Below are positions 23,138-35,637 of a DNA stretch of 64,000 bases, piece by piece. The stretch lies in assembly GCA_051362555.1 (NCBI GenBank), contig CM120643.1, positions 26,850,848 to 26,914,847 on the forward strand. The letters are read 5' to 3'. Made by a program: the position numbers and the translations under genes. The notes under the pieces were generated by a model. That model saw only the letters and a list, made by a program, of their open reading frames with translations. It was not told the origin of the DNA and made no database searches. Position 1 is the stretch's first letter; each line of letters starts with the position of its first letter. Source of the stretch: Lingula anatina. Lineage: Eukaryota > Animalia > Brachiopoda.

Positions 23138-25219
23138 TGTGTTTATATCTGAGTTATTTTGTAAGTTAATGAAAGTCATTAGTTCACGTATCTGTAGCTT
23201 ACTGTATTGAAATTGAATAGATTAGTATACTGTATTTCATGATGTCATTTTGTAGCTTTCTATACTATGCACTGAAGATTTGCGAGGTACATGTAGGCCT
23301 TCCTTGTATTCGAAGTGTGTTGTGCGTGATTCGGAGACGATTTGACGTACTGGTGTTAATCTAAACTACACACAAAAAATGGTAAGGTCAAATCTATTTT
23401 GAAACAAATGTTTTTTTTCAGATATTGATGAATGTTCCACTAATAAAGGTGGGTGTTCTCAAGTATGTTCCAACATCCGGGGAAGTTACCGCTGTAGTTG
23501 CAATGTTGGCTATGCCCTGCAGGCGGACAGTCACTCGTGTAGAGGTACAGTATGTTGGCTGGGTTACCTATAAAAATATAACAGGAGTTAGGACCATTGA
23601 TTTTCATACGCGAGATTTCGATTGTTGTCAATTATATAGTGACATCTCGCATGTTGGAACAAAGACTGATTAAAAATATGTGATAATTCTTGATTTATTA
23701 ATTTTGAAAATATTGAACTAATATTTGATGCCATTAAAAAAATCCAGATATATGACGAGTTTAATCTTTACCATAACCAAAGATATCGACGAATGTTCCA
23801 CTGGTAATGGCGGCTGTACCCATACCTGTACCAACACCGTGGGAAGTTTCTTTTGTACCTGTAGAACTGGATTTGTACTGGATGGTAACGGCCTGACTTG
23901 CTCTGGCAAGGGTGATATACATGTAAGGTTCATAATAATATAATTTTATTATCGATACAAATATTTTGATGTTTGATGTTAGAATTTAATGAATATTGTT
24001 GAATGAATTGTGCCTTTGTGTAAACCGAATTCGCTGTCCTGCAATGTTCAACAGCCAAAACGTTTAAGATTCTTATTTAGATGATAACATTCGATTGGTA
24101 ATGTTGAAAATTTCAACACGTTTACATTTAATTGGTAAAACGTATGTTAATTATACCCAATATCAAAACTAAATGCGAGCTGATTTATTTTAATATTAGG
24201 CCACGACGAGTGTTCAACGTCCCATCATGGCTGCGAACAGAAATGTAACAATCTTCACGAGAGCTACTACTGCTCTTGCAATAAAGGCTACGTGCTTGCT
24301 GCTGACAAGAAACTCTGCAATGGTAAGACAAATAAGCCGTTTAATCCGCAACTGAATCGAATCAAATCTGTATTCCCAATATTTATTTCCCGCCAGTTAT
24401 GGATTTCGGGTGATAAAATGTATTTGTCCAAGATGGCACGTGTAAGATGCTTTATAGTGATCTGGATGCCAAATGCCAGTTAGTACAGAGTTAGTAGCAA
24501 GAAAGCACTGATTTTGCGACATTTGGTGGCATTCATACGAATTACTTTTTCAGATGTTGACGAGTGCAGTAACGGAACTCATGCCTGTGATCACAACTGT
24601 CACAATACACGTGGTAGCTACACGTGTTCATGTAGAAATGGGTATGAACTGGCCTCCGATGGACGTGGATGTACAGGTAAATAATATGCCCATGTACATA
24701 ATACACAGTGGAAATGACAGACGTGCGTGCTCTTGCACACGTGCTCTTGGAATGATGTGCATGTAAAAAAGTTTTAGAATGATTAAAACTAGAAGAAAAC
24801 GATTGCTCGACGTCACATTATGGCTGTGAGCAATCTTCATGACAACTACTTCTGCTCTTGCAATAAAGGTTTCATTCTTGCCGCTAACAGGAATTTTTTC
24901 AACCCTATGCCAAAGATGTCATCTAACTCGAAAACTTTCTTTCTTCCATTCATTTTTGTAATTTGTCGTTATGCATTCCTAGGGGTAAACATTTTGTCTA
25001 AGTTAACAGTTCCAATAACTCCATCTAAGCAGGAAAAGTGAAAAATAATATTTTAACACTTTTACCTTTTTTGCAGATGTTGACGAGTGTAGTAATGGAA
25101 CTCATGCCTGTGATCACAACTGTCGCAATACACGTGGTAGCTACACGTGTTCATGTAGAAATGGGTATGAATTGGCACCCGATGGACGTGGATGTATAGG
25201 TAAATAGTATGTTTATTGT

Positions 25220-26058
25220 TTCCTGGATATTTTCAGTTAACAGCCTCTCCCCAGGGAGCCTACGCATTCTTATAGCTGGGGGAGGTGGTTCTGTACATGT
25301 TTGGGGTGCCATTTGCAGCAACGGTATTTGACCATTGCTTCCTCTAGATGAAAACCTTAACGCTGTCAGATACAGAGATTCTCCAGCAGAACCTGGAGCC
25401 GTTCGCAAGAGGGATGTACAGAGACAATTTTAGATTGCAACATGACAAATCAACTCCCCACACAGCCCGCTTAATTGCAGACTATATCCGACAAAACAAC
25501 ATTCAGCTGATGCCACAGCCAGCAAGAAGCCCAGATTCAAACCTAATTGAGAACATGTGGGACGAACTTGGTCGTGCTATTCAGAGGAGAAACCCTCCCC
25601 CTGCAAGTCTAGATGAACTGCGAGATGCCCTTCAAGATGAATGGACCAGAATTCCTCTCCAAAGAGCTGTAACTCTAGTTCACAGTATCCCACGCCGTTT
25701 GGCGGCCATTATCCAAGCTCGGGGTGGGCATACCCGCTATTTAGATTAATAATGAGCTCTGAAGATGTTTCTTGACAATTTCTCCTAATTTCATATTAAT
25801 TGTCAATCACAGTATAAATTTATGTTTAATTTTTTACTTGGTACTGTTATGTAAAAAAATACTCTTTTTGGGGCATGAGAAAAAAACCTGAATAAATTAA
25901 CATTTGCATTGGTTGTTTCTCCTTGACTTTACCAATCCTCCAGCTTCACATATTTAACAATATAAACATTATTAATTTGGTTATATCAATAATAATGAAA
26001 GAAACAGGGCGATATGCATCCCAAAATTTCCGTGTGCCAACCATTTTGGGCCAGAGTG
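25220..26058 (+). mobile_element. 5'-truncated Tc1 element (C-terminal transposase fragment)
   Basis: GGGSVHVWGAI, LQHDKSTPH, PARSPDSNLIENMWDEL, IQARGGHTRY; right end ttttgggccagagtg followed by TA. Confidence 0.85.
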
Positions 26059-26790
26059 TATTTATTTCATTGGCTTCTTTTAAAATTGATTATTTTAGGG
26101 CATGCACGCACAAGGCATCAAGTGGGATTAAAAAAAATGTAAATTTCAACAACCTAATATCAAGCCGTTAAATATTGTATCATATTGATTAAAAACTCTT
26201 ATGTTCTGGTTTTTAATTTTACTATAGGTCAACACATGGAGGCAGTAATTGATGCAGCAGCGCCAGTAGATCAAGGTACAGAAGTCAAAGTAGGTATTAT
26301 CATCGGCGTGACATTGGCCGTCATTGTGGCCATCGTCCTCACCGCTATGTCGGTTTTCTTTGTATGTCGACGCTATAGGAACAGGGACAGAAGACCAGCG
26401 ACAGAACGCTCCTCGGCACCAGCTGTTACCCAGGCTCAGGATTACGACAGTGTTACCTATGAAAACACGGAAGTCCTGACAGCATCAAAACACAGAACGG
26501 AGAAGAATAGTGATGGGAGGCAACATACGGGGCCTTGGATAGTGCAAACCGGTACTACAAATGCCTCGAACCCAGACCGACCCTATGAAGGCATGATGAT
26601 AAGGGATGTCAAAGAGCAGAGGCCATACTCTCAGTTAATCCTTAGAAGAGATGCGCCTATTCCTACCGTTATAAATCAAAATTAGTCAGCCTACCACCAC
26701 AGGCTCAGCAAAACGACTAATAGTATGCTTGCCTTAAAACTGGTAGCGAGGTTAATTAGCAGGACAACCTACCGATTCTCTTTAGTTCAG

Positions 26791-26828
<38 letters not shown>

Positions 26829-27626
26829 GAGTTAATGGAACTGCATTTTATATCGTATATTGACTTACAAATTACTTACATTTATGCTCATTATTGATTG
26901 ATGTATCAACCGAACTTGAACTTGTTCCGGGGACCCGATTGAGAAGTTTTAAAGAAGTTAAGTTTCTTGCTTTTCGTTAAAAGAAGCCTAAAGGTGTTTT
27001 TTCCTAATTTGAGTTTGCGCCCTTTATAACAAACGTTTTTGTAATTTTTTATACCTTGAAAAAAGGTATTTACTAATGGATTTTTCTAATATTCAACATG
27101 AACCCTAATTTGAATTGTTGCTATTTTTTGCACTGTGTTGTAAAAGGCATAACCCAGTTGATAGTATGATGCAATGAGTGTTCTGGTTACTGAAAATATC
27201 ATTCCTCATCACGTGACAATTTTGAATTTCAGCAATTTTCCTTCTAAACAAGGCATGTTCTGTCTACATGCATGATCGAGGAGACAATGATTTTTATAGA
27301 TTCTTTTTCCAGTTCTACATTTTGAAATTTCACATTCACAATTGAAATACGCCTTTCTGAATCACGGAAGTGATACCTATGTACTACATGTATATGTATA
27401 CAAAGGAATTTTGCCCATTTTGTGCTTTTATAAATAAATGAGAAGTTTCCGGTATTTTTTTGATATTCTGCATAAACGGACAGATGGTCAGGCTTCCATA
27501 AGAGACTTGGCTATAAAATCACTTCTTTTTTTGTTATATTTGTGTACAAAGTCAACTTCTGTGGTTACTTTACTTACATTGTAACATCAGAAAACGACAC
27601 CGATTGTGGCTTTTTTTAATAATAGT

Positions 27627-27663
<37 letters not shown>

Positions 27664-28219
27664 TGTCTTTTCATATAAGATAATAGGTAAGATGTGGTAT
27701 AAATAAAAAGCAATGGAATAAAGAAATAAAATATTATGAAGCAAAGAAATGAAGAACCAATCGGCAAAGAACGTGTTAGATATATTCTATCGCCTGAGCA
27801 AGCAAGCACTCCTTAAAAGAGAGCCGCATGATGCATACTGGACCTTTACTTCCGCGACACCAAGCCTTAAATAATGAAATTGATTCATGCAATCCAATGC
27901 GATGCAAAGTTTATATAAAAAATCTCCCCTTAGGCGTAAAGTTGTTGTTTAAGAATTGATCAAAAGTGATTTGATTATATATTGACCCAGAAGAAAAGCT
28001 AAACATTGGTGTTTTCACCCATTTGCCCCCAAACCGACCAAAATACCAACACATAGTTTTAAGTAGCAGTCTCTGTAAGGTTCAGAATAGGGTGGCACAT
28101 GACCCTCTCAGATTTTGATGAAAATTGGTGTATTTGTTCGTTATAGCCCCAAACCAACATAATGGATATTGGTTTGTTTGAATCACCCTCGGTTGCCATG
28201 GTAACAGCACTTAAAATTT

Positions 28220-29490
28220 TTCACCCAAGATGGCGGAATCCAGATTGCAAAATTTCAATTTCAGCTATATTTGAGCTAAAAAAACCATAAATGTGGATAA
28301 ATAATCATTTTTCATTTTCAGACATTGTTTAATATCATATCCTATTTGAACTAAAAACATATAAATAAATGTTTTTGGTGGCCTTTAAAAATTAGAAAAA
28401 TAACTTTGAAAATGGGGAATTTTCAAAAATTCCAATTTTTGCTAAAATGCCAAAATTTGCAAATTTCAAATACATTTTTCATAGACTGGCCAAAGCCATC
28501 TATTATCACCATACCTTACATAAGAAAGTACATGTACTGTCCTTTTATAATCAAAAATAAATTTTTTTTCAAACACATTTTTCAAAAAATTATTCAAATT
28601 TTAAAATTCTTAATCCAAGATGGCGGCAACCAAATTGCACATTTTACATATTTGTGTATATAAAAAATAGCAAACATGGTTAAACACATATTTTTTATTT
28701 GTATGTTGCTAAATCCTAAATCTTGATTAAGAGAAAAACATAAAAAATATAATTTTTGCTGTCCTTTAAAAATTAGATAAATAACTTTGAAAATGGGGAA
28801 TTTTCAAAAATTCAAATTTTTGCTAAAATGCCCAAATTTGCCATTTTAAAATATACTTTTCATAGACTGGCCAAAGCCATCTATTATCACCATACATTAC
28901 ATAAGAAAGTACATGTACTGTCCTTTTATAATCAAAAATAAAATTTTTTTCAAACAGTTTTCAAAAAGTTATTAAAATTTTAAAATTCTTAATCCAAGAT
29001 GGCGGCAATCAAATGGCAAAATGTCCCTATTTCTGCTTTAAACTAAACAAGCATGGATAAAAACACACATTTCATTTTTGTATCCTGCTAAATATTATAT
29101 CTTGATTTAGTCAAGAGCATATTACTTAATATTTTAAACAGTCCTAAAAAATTAGGAAAAAAAAAACTCTTAAAATGGCAGATTTCAAAAATTTCACATT
29201 TTAGCTAAAATGCCCAAATTTGCCATTTTCAAATACATTTTTCATAGACTGGCCAAAGCCACCTAATATTGTCATACATTATAAGTGAATGTTTTGAGTT
29301 AATTTTTTAAAATATTTTTTTTCAAACATTAAAAAAAATATGCAAATTTTAAAATTCACAATCCAAGATGGCATCAACCAAAAAGCAAATTTTCCATATT
29401 TCCCTATTCCTGCTTTAAAAATGGATTAAAATACAAATCTTGTACTTGTGTCCTGCTAAATAACTTGATTAAGTCAAAAGCACACAGGTA
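28220..29490. repeat. About 3.3 tandem copies of a 370-390-bp unit
   Basis: caagatggc recurs near 28227, 28617, 28995 and 29365; catagactggccaaagcca recurs with the same period. Confidence 0.85.
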
Positions 29491-30639
29491 AATATATTGT
29501 GATCTTTTAAAATGATGAATTTTCACAATGGGACTATGGGTGTTAATCTTTCAGGGTCATACAATAACAGCAATGTGGTGGTATTCTTTTGGTTGACATC
29601 CAATAGTTGAGAAATATCTCCTGCCAGTCTCAGCTTCAGTTTCCATCTCTTGTGGACTTTCTACCACTGTCCCCACCCCAGATTAGTTAACATTTTTATT
29701 TGATTATTTTAATTGTCTATGAATATATTTTAAACAAGTCACAGTGAAATAAAACTTGTTTTTAGTCTTTCTTATTTGAAAGAAAATGAGGCATCTCCTC
29801 TGCATAGTAGTAAATTATATAAATATTTATTATGGTGTTCAGCATTTTTGTCACAAACTTAAAATACCAATATATATTTTCCCTCATGCTCCTTGCCCTA
29901 AGATGTTCATAATTTATTAATTTTGCTAATTTTCTTTTGGTATACAACTTATTTGTAAGAATATTTGTTGTAGGTAAAGTCCATTGGTAACCAGCTACAC
30001 TATTAGAAGTTGTGATATCAAAGCAAAGCAGTTATCAATGTTAAGGGTGCCTCAACATGATAGTATTTGATGCATTTTGTCCCGAGAATCATGCATGATC
30101 ATACATTTTGACGAGTCCAACATCTGCCTCAGCACTGAGGACTAATTTGGCATGTAACAATCAGGTAGAAAGTATCATTATGATAATTTCCCCTATTTAA
30201 GTTACTATTTACAATTTTTAATGTAAAGAGTAAAGTTAAGTCACCTGCTAGTTTTCAGTAAAGAAATATGAGAAAAATTTATGGATAACACAGACTTTAT
30301 GCTATCAAAACTGTGGGAGCATTATACTAAGCAGGACTTGATTGGGTGAGTCTTTAATACAAATAGCATGATTATCAAGGCTTATAAAGCAATTCGTAAA
30401 GTAATGCTATCTTGTTTTCTCATAAATATTTCTTGTGACTGAAAATCTAATGTACTGCTATATCTTTCCGAGAAAAACTGAGCTGCAAGTCTAGTTTGTC
30501 AAATAAAGTGCAATAGTACACACCATATCACTCCCATTCTGAAAGGATAATACTGGCTGCTTGTACTTTGTATTATTTTTAAGGCGATACAAACACAAGG
30601 ACCATTATATTTATCTGATCCTATCTGTTTTACCTCACC

Positions 30640-30855
30640 ATGGCGGTCCACACATTTTAATACTGAGAATGACCTTATTTTAGAACAGTCTATTTTAGAG
30701 AAGGGGTGCCTCAAAAGTTATGGAGATCGGGCTTTTATAATCTATGCCCTCAAATTATGGAACGCCTTACCAAATTTTATTAGAAAAACAGACGACTTTG
30801 ACAGTTTTAAATCCCTTCTTAAAATTCACATTTTTAAATCTGTCTATATCTCATA

Positions 30856-30923
<68 letters not shown>

Positions 30924-31055
30924 TGTTTTTAGTAGTGTTAATTTTAATGGTTTCCATGTGTTTCAGATTTAAATATAGTAGTGATTTTAATGATTTTAGT
31001 TATATTATTGTAAGGCGCCTGGAGGTAGCATGTAAGGCACCATATAAGAATATAG
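30640..31055 (+). mobile_element. 3' end fragment of an L2-like LINE
   Basis: Encodes ...KSYGDRAFIIYALKLWNALP...FKSLLKIHIF, similar to the end of ORF 41167..42723; tail ttgtaaggcgcc...catataag similar to 42913-42955. Confidence 0.7.
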
Positions 31056-31713
31056 CTATCTTTTACATGTCTATTTTGTTTTACAAGTTTTTTTATTTAG
31101 AATCCTGGTTGTGAAGAACTAGAAACTCTTCCACTTGTATGAGTACCAATTTCTACTTTATATATATTAAGTATTCAAGTAATCTGTTCTGTTATCGACT
31201 TCAAGTACCTGAGAGGGCACGACGCGCCTTGCAGGGCGCTGTTTTAAATTGGAGGTAGACCATACTCAAGCAGTAAATAGCCGTAAAACACAAACTCACG
31301 TTGAACATCAAAACTTTATTGGAAAACCTGTATCAAAGTTGACACTGACTGTAATTTAGAGTAAAGTAACTGACAGTGCTTTACTTATTTGTCGATTATA
31401 TCGGATATTAACGGCAAATGCACGTGAGGGAGAAGACGAGTTTTTCACAGTGGTACGTGTACCTGGTAGTTTTCTTGATATCCGTAGTTAGTAGTGCCGA
31501 TTATTTACGACCATAAAGTTCTACCAGTCCTTTCTTGTGGGTAATTTATGAAAAACTGCATAAATAACTGTGTGCATTCTCCTTCCACATACGAAACCGA
31601 CGGCAATCAGAGCTCCCGCCATCTTGGATGAAATTAGTTATGTTGTATATAAAAAAACGATGTGCGGAAACAAATACTACACACCAGTCGGCATAAAAAC
31701 AATCCAAACAATA

Positions 31714-32859
31714 GGGGAGAGCGGGGTGGGTTGGAACGCGGGTAAGTTGGAACATTGGCTTTATTTCTTAAATCACAAGACCGATCATGTGCTCCTTCAG
31801 CACAAAAATGTCACGTGGCATGGTATTCATCCGGTAAACTTTTGGAAGTTTCGAAAATGCGGTAAAAGTTTTATGCGAAAAAACCCTATTTTCGCCACTC
31901 GAAGTAACTTTTCATATTTTTGACATTCATCGTGCTGGAAACTAAAGTATAAGGATTATATCACTGAAATTGTGCAAAGCGTTTAGGACCACCTTTATGT
32001 TCAAAAAGCTGTAGTTTTTTTTAATCACCTCCCACGTGTTAAAGAAATACAGTGTCATAAGTAGGCCATGACGTCATGGGGGCTGGTCGGAACATTTGAC
32101 ATGGGGCCAGTTGGAACACTGTCAGGGGTGTTCCAACCCACCCCGCACGGTGTTTTTCAATTTTTATATCTCTCTAAATGTTTTATTGTTAACTTAAAGG
32201 AGAGTAACGTAGTAATCCAGTACAACTCCAACTGGAGACGAAATCCAGCTGGTAGAACATTTCCAAGATGCCGGAATATACATGCTTGTAGAAGATACAA
32301 GGGGGGGATGGTCACTGCTTGTTAAATGCAGTTGCTAGCTGTTTGGTCGAAAGGGGTCTGCATGTCCACTGTTGCTCTTTGCGATAAATTGCTGTTAGAA
32401 GTGGAAGGAAATGTCGGTTATTACTCTGCATTTCGCGGCAAAATGAAAATATTCTAGCTGATAGCCTACGTTATGGATAAACTATACAACATCAATTCTG
32501 CCGATATTGTTTTAAATGCTTTGTGTAATGGATTGGGGGTTGCTGTTAATGTTTAGTGAACGAGGGTACAAAATCCGCCAGAAAAGACAAACATTCACCT
32601 CGTAACTTAGGCAAAGTTTCAGTTGAAATCTCAGTTGCCCTCACCGGAAGAGGTGCTACAGCACACCACACTATAGCGCACTTAAGAAAACCCCAAAACA
32701 GCTCAAGTCCAGCAATAATTAGACCGGTTCCAAAGGCTCACCGTCGCAGTCCAAAGATTAAAAGAAGAAAACGATGCAGTGCAGTTCTAACTGACACACC
32801 TGATAAAGAGCTACTCGAAAAAGAAAAGGCCAAGCCCAACAAAATTAAAAAGGACAAGT

Positions 32860-32907
<48 letters not shown>

Positions 32908-33704
32908 AGTTAAAGATTTCTAGTCGATAGAGAAAATCAAGAAAAAGGAAATTAAAGATGACCAGCGATTCTGAGTCAGAATTAGAAGAGTGGCCATGTC
33001 TGGTTTGTGGGGAGCCGTTCAGTAACAGCCGACCAAAAGAGAAATGGGTTAAATGCATTGTTTGTCTTAAGTGGTTACATGAAGACTGTACTAATTAAGG
33101 GTGACCAAGTGTACATATGTCAGAACTGCGATTTTGATTCTGAGGGCTAGTTGAAAGAGACACAGTTTTCATTTGTAGGTCTAACATGCTGTTGTTGATA
33201 GGTTGAGTTATGTGAATTCAATTTCTTTTCTCTTAAACTACACCACTTTTGTTATCATTATGAAATGAAGTGTAACTGGATATGGTTTATACATCGAAAA
33301 GACTATTTGAAAGCAACTTGTAAACGTAAAAAAATGCTTACAAACTATGGAGATACGAATACAAGGTAACACGTACTTGTTGGGAAATTAATATAGATAA
33401 ACCTACTTTTAAAATGAATTATACTTTGAATTTATATGCAAGCGTTCCAACTCGCCCTCTTGTTCCAACTCACCCCACTGACTGTTCCAACTTACCCCGC
33501 GGGTGGGGTGAGATGGAACGTTTTAAGAGGCAACTTTGAGCATGTATTACTCTAAAATAAAAAGACCTACTTGATGTTTTATTTCATAGATGATTGCGGC
33601 ATATAATTATCTCCTATCAGTGTTTTTATTTTTGACCCCAAAGCTTTGACTGCTGAGATATTGCAAAAAAGGTGAAAAGTGTTCCAACCAACCCCGCTCT
33701 CCCC
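31714..33704 (+). mobile_element. pogo/Fot1-like (Tc1/mariner superfamily) element, internally deleted, retaining the transposase C-terminus with a PHD finger
   Basis: TIRs GGGGAGAGCGGGGTGGGTTGGAAC / GTTCCAACCAACCCCGCTCTCCCC flanked by TA; relic SPAIIRPVPKA...SAVLTDTP and CLVCGEPFSNSRPKEKWVKCIVCLKWLHEDC. Confidence 0.75.
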
Positions 33705-35325
33705 TAAATGATCCAGAAGACAAGTGCCATTTATCCAAAAAAAAATCCATTTCATGAGATAAATAAAGGATATGGGAGAAAAATTTCAGGCTTAAGTATA
33801 AAACGCTCTAAAAAATAAATTATTTTAAATATGCAACTTTTCGGGCTCAATTTATTAGTTTTTAGCATAGTTCTTCACAATAAATTAAAAGAAAACAAAA
33901 TCTGGGAGGGTCATGTTCCAATGCCCCTATGTTATTTTTCTGATTCTTACAGAGACTGGTACTTAAATAGCATAACTTGGAGAAATATCAAAGTTTATCT
34001 AAATAAGTTCACTGTCTGTCTATATCTGGAACAGAAGAAAAGTAAACTACATGAGGTAAACTACATGAGAAATAATCCTTTCATACTCCCCCCAAAAATT
34101 GATATTTTAACAGATTTTTTCCGCTCTCTATATGTGCCATGGTACTAACTCTTATTTGAATACTTATGCTACTGGTATTGCACGTGTAGCAGCAATGGAC
34201 TAGCTACATTACTACGTTGTTTGGCGGATTTTTTCAAACCAGAGGGAAATAAACATATCATTTTTACGTAATGAAATTTGAAGAAGGTACAGTTTAAAGG
34301 GTCTTTTCAGTTGACCGAGTGATAAATTTGGTATGTTGAGTTGATTTGAGTCCACAATGTAAAATACGTTTTTTTGTAGTGATTTACATGCGTTACAGGA
34401 AATCTACGCTCACTTCAAATGTAACTTTAACAAACACTACATAGTGATACTTGACAAATCACATGACGTGGAACAGTGGAGCTTGTTGTGAAGTATGATT
34501 CAAAAGTCATTTTTTCGTGAACCCCTGGCCATTCTTGTCTACCCTTCAGATACATGATTTATCCACCAATTTTATATTTTTATGCACTAATCCATATTTT
34601 CTAGTACCTTTTTTACTTTTGGTAGGTCGACCACTGTGCAAAAGGGAAGTTTGTTTAACAAATGACTTCTGCTTTAGGCGTTGATCAATGTTATTAGGTA
34701 TACCGCCAACAGGCAGTGTTAGTTGCTTAGCAGGAGAAAGATTCAAGTGCAAACCAAAGCACGCTGTTATATGTACCTATTTTTTAATCTATTTCTGGAT
34801 GTCTGTCAATATGGCGATGATCATGCCTATGTTGTTTTGGCAGATCCAGGAGAGAGCACAAAAGACACTGGCAACTTCTTCAATCTCCTTTCTTCCCCCA
34901 CACCACCCCATAAAAGTTAAGGTATGGAACGAAACAAACGTAAACTCATTTCCAGTCCTGTGTCCCATATCTACATATTTATACACTATATCAGAAAAAT
35001 CACCCTTGCCTTCGCTTTTATATTTGCCTGGAAAAAGGGTAAAATCTTATCCTTACAGCCCCCCCGGCTTTATAATAAAATTCTAAATCCGTCAGCAAGC
35101 GCGGATGCATGCAAGAGAACTTCCGTTTTTACTAATGAGTGGGACGGATAGCAAAATATCAAGCGAAATAAAGAAGAAATATTAAGAAATAACGAGGAAG
35201 AGAACTTGGCAAGGTTAATCAAAACAGCAAATTTTGCGCACAAGAGAAATTTAACGAGTACAAGCTTCGCAAGGCCGACCCTCAGGCCTCATCGAATGTA
35301 AGCAGAAAAAAGCAGATATAAAGGA

Positions 35326-35440
35326 ATGTGTTGACGCACCTGAGATTTAGGACTTTGATAACTGATAAGACCCCACGGTGTATAAACATTACATCAAATG
35401 TACTCAGATAAATCTTTCATTTATTTAAGATGATGGCATT
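35326..35440 (+). promoter_or_regulatory. Conserved proximal upstream block of gene C (TTGACGCA, E-box CACCTG, tandem GATA)
   Basis: gttgacgcacctgagatttaggactttgataactgataag...tgtataaacattacatcaaatg, conserved in three paralogs. Confidence 0.5.
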
Positions 35441-35563
35441 TAAAGCTTTTTCCCGAAGGCCATAAGTGTTGGTAGAGAGGATTTGGGAAGCGTGAGGAAA
35501 GTAGTCCCGATATTCATTTAACGTGCTGCAGACGCTACACGAGGGTACACGTAAACCGTGAAA

Positions 35564-35637
35564 ATGGCTGTCATCAGTTGGGGTCTGTTGGCGCTTTTAC
35601 TACTTCAACAACTGAGTGAAAGTCACTCTCTTACAGG
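35564..35637 (+). CDS. Gene C signal-peptide exon
   Basis: [25 protein letters not shown], 74 nt, donor gtacgt; same length in genes B and D. Confidence 0.85.

Larger units (their letters stand above)
9362..26685 (+). pseudogene. Gene B: pseudogenised EMI-NIM-cbEGF-TM receptor, paralog of gene C. Exon relics 9362-9435, 12983-13072, 22097-22189, 22409-~22510, 22827-~22910, 23422-23544, 23783-23905, 24200-24322, 24554-24676, 25077-25199, 26228-26685
   Basis: CAA>TAA at codon 16 (9407-9409); first EMI exon deleted relative to gene C; second EMI exon frameshifted (90 vs 104 nt, CCPG lost); EGF exon at 22409 frameshifted and lacks its donor; tail frameshifted near 26665. Confidence 0.85.
28067..33958. 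mobile_element. About 5.9-kb TIR-bounded DNA transposon relic (superfamily unclear) hosting nested elements
   Basis: CAGTCTCTGTAAG...catgaccctctcagattt at the left; aaatctgggagggtcatg...CTTACAGAGACTG at the right. Confidence 0.6.

Noticed and set aside
32556-33150. Lys-rich ORF and PHD finger as a host chromatin gene
   Set aside because: Lies between the TIRs of a pogo-like element, is broken by stops and a poly-A run, and matches transposase C-terminal motifs.
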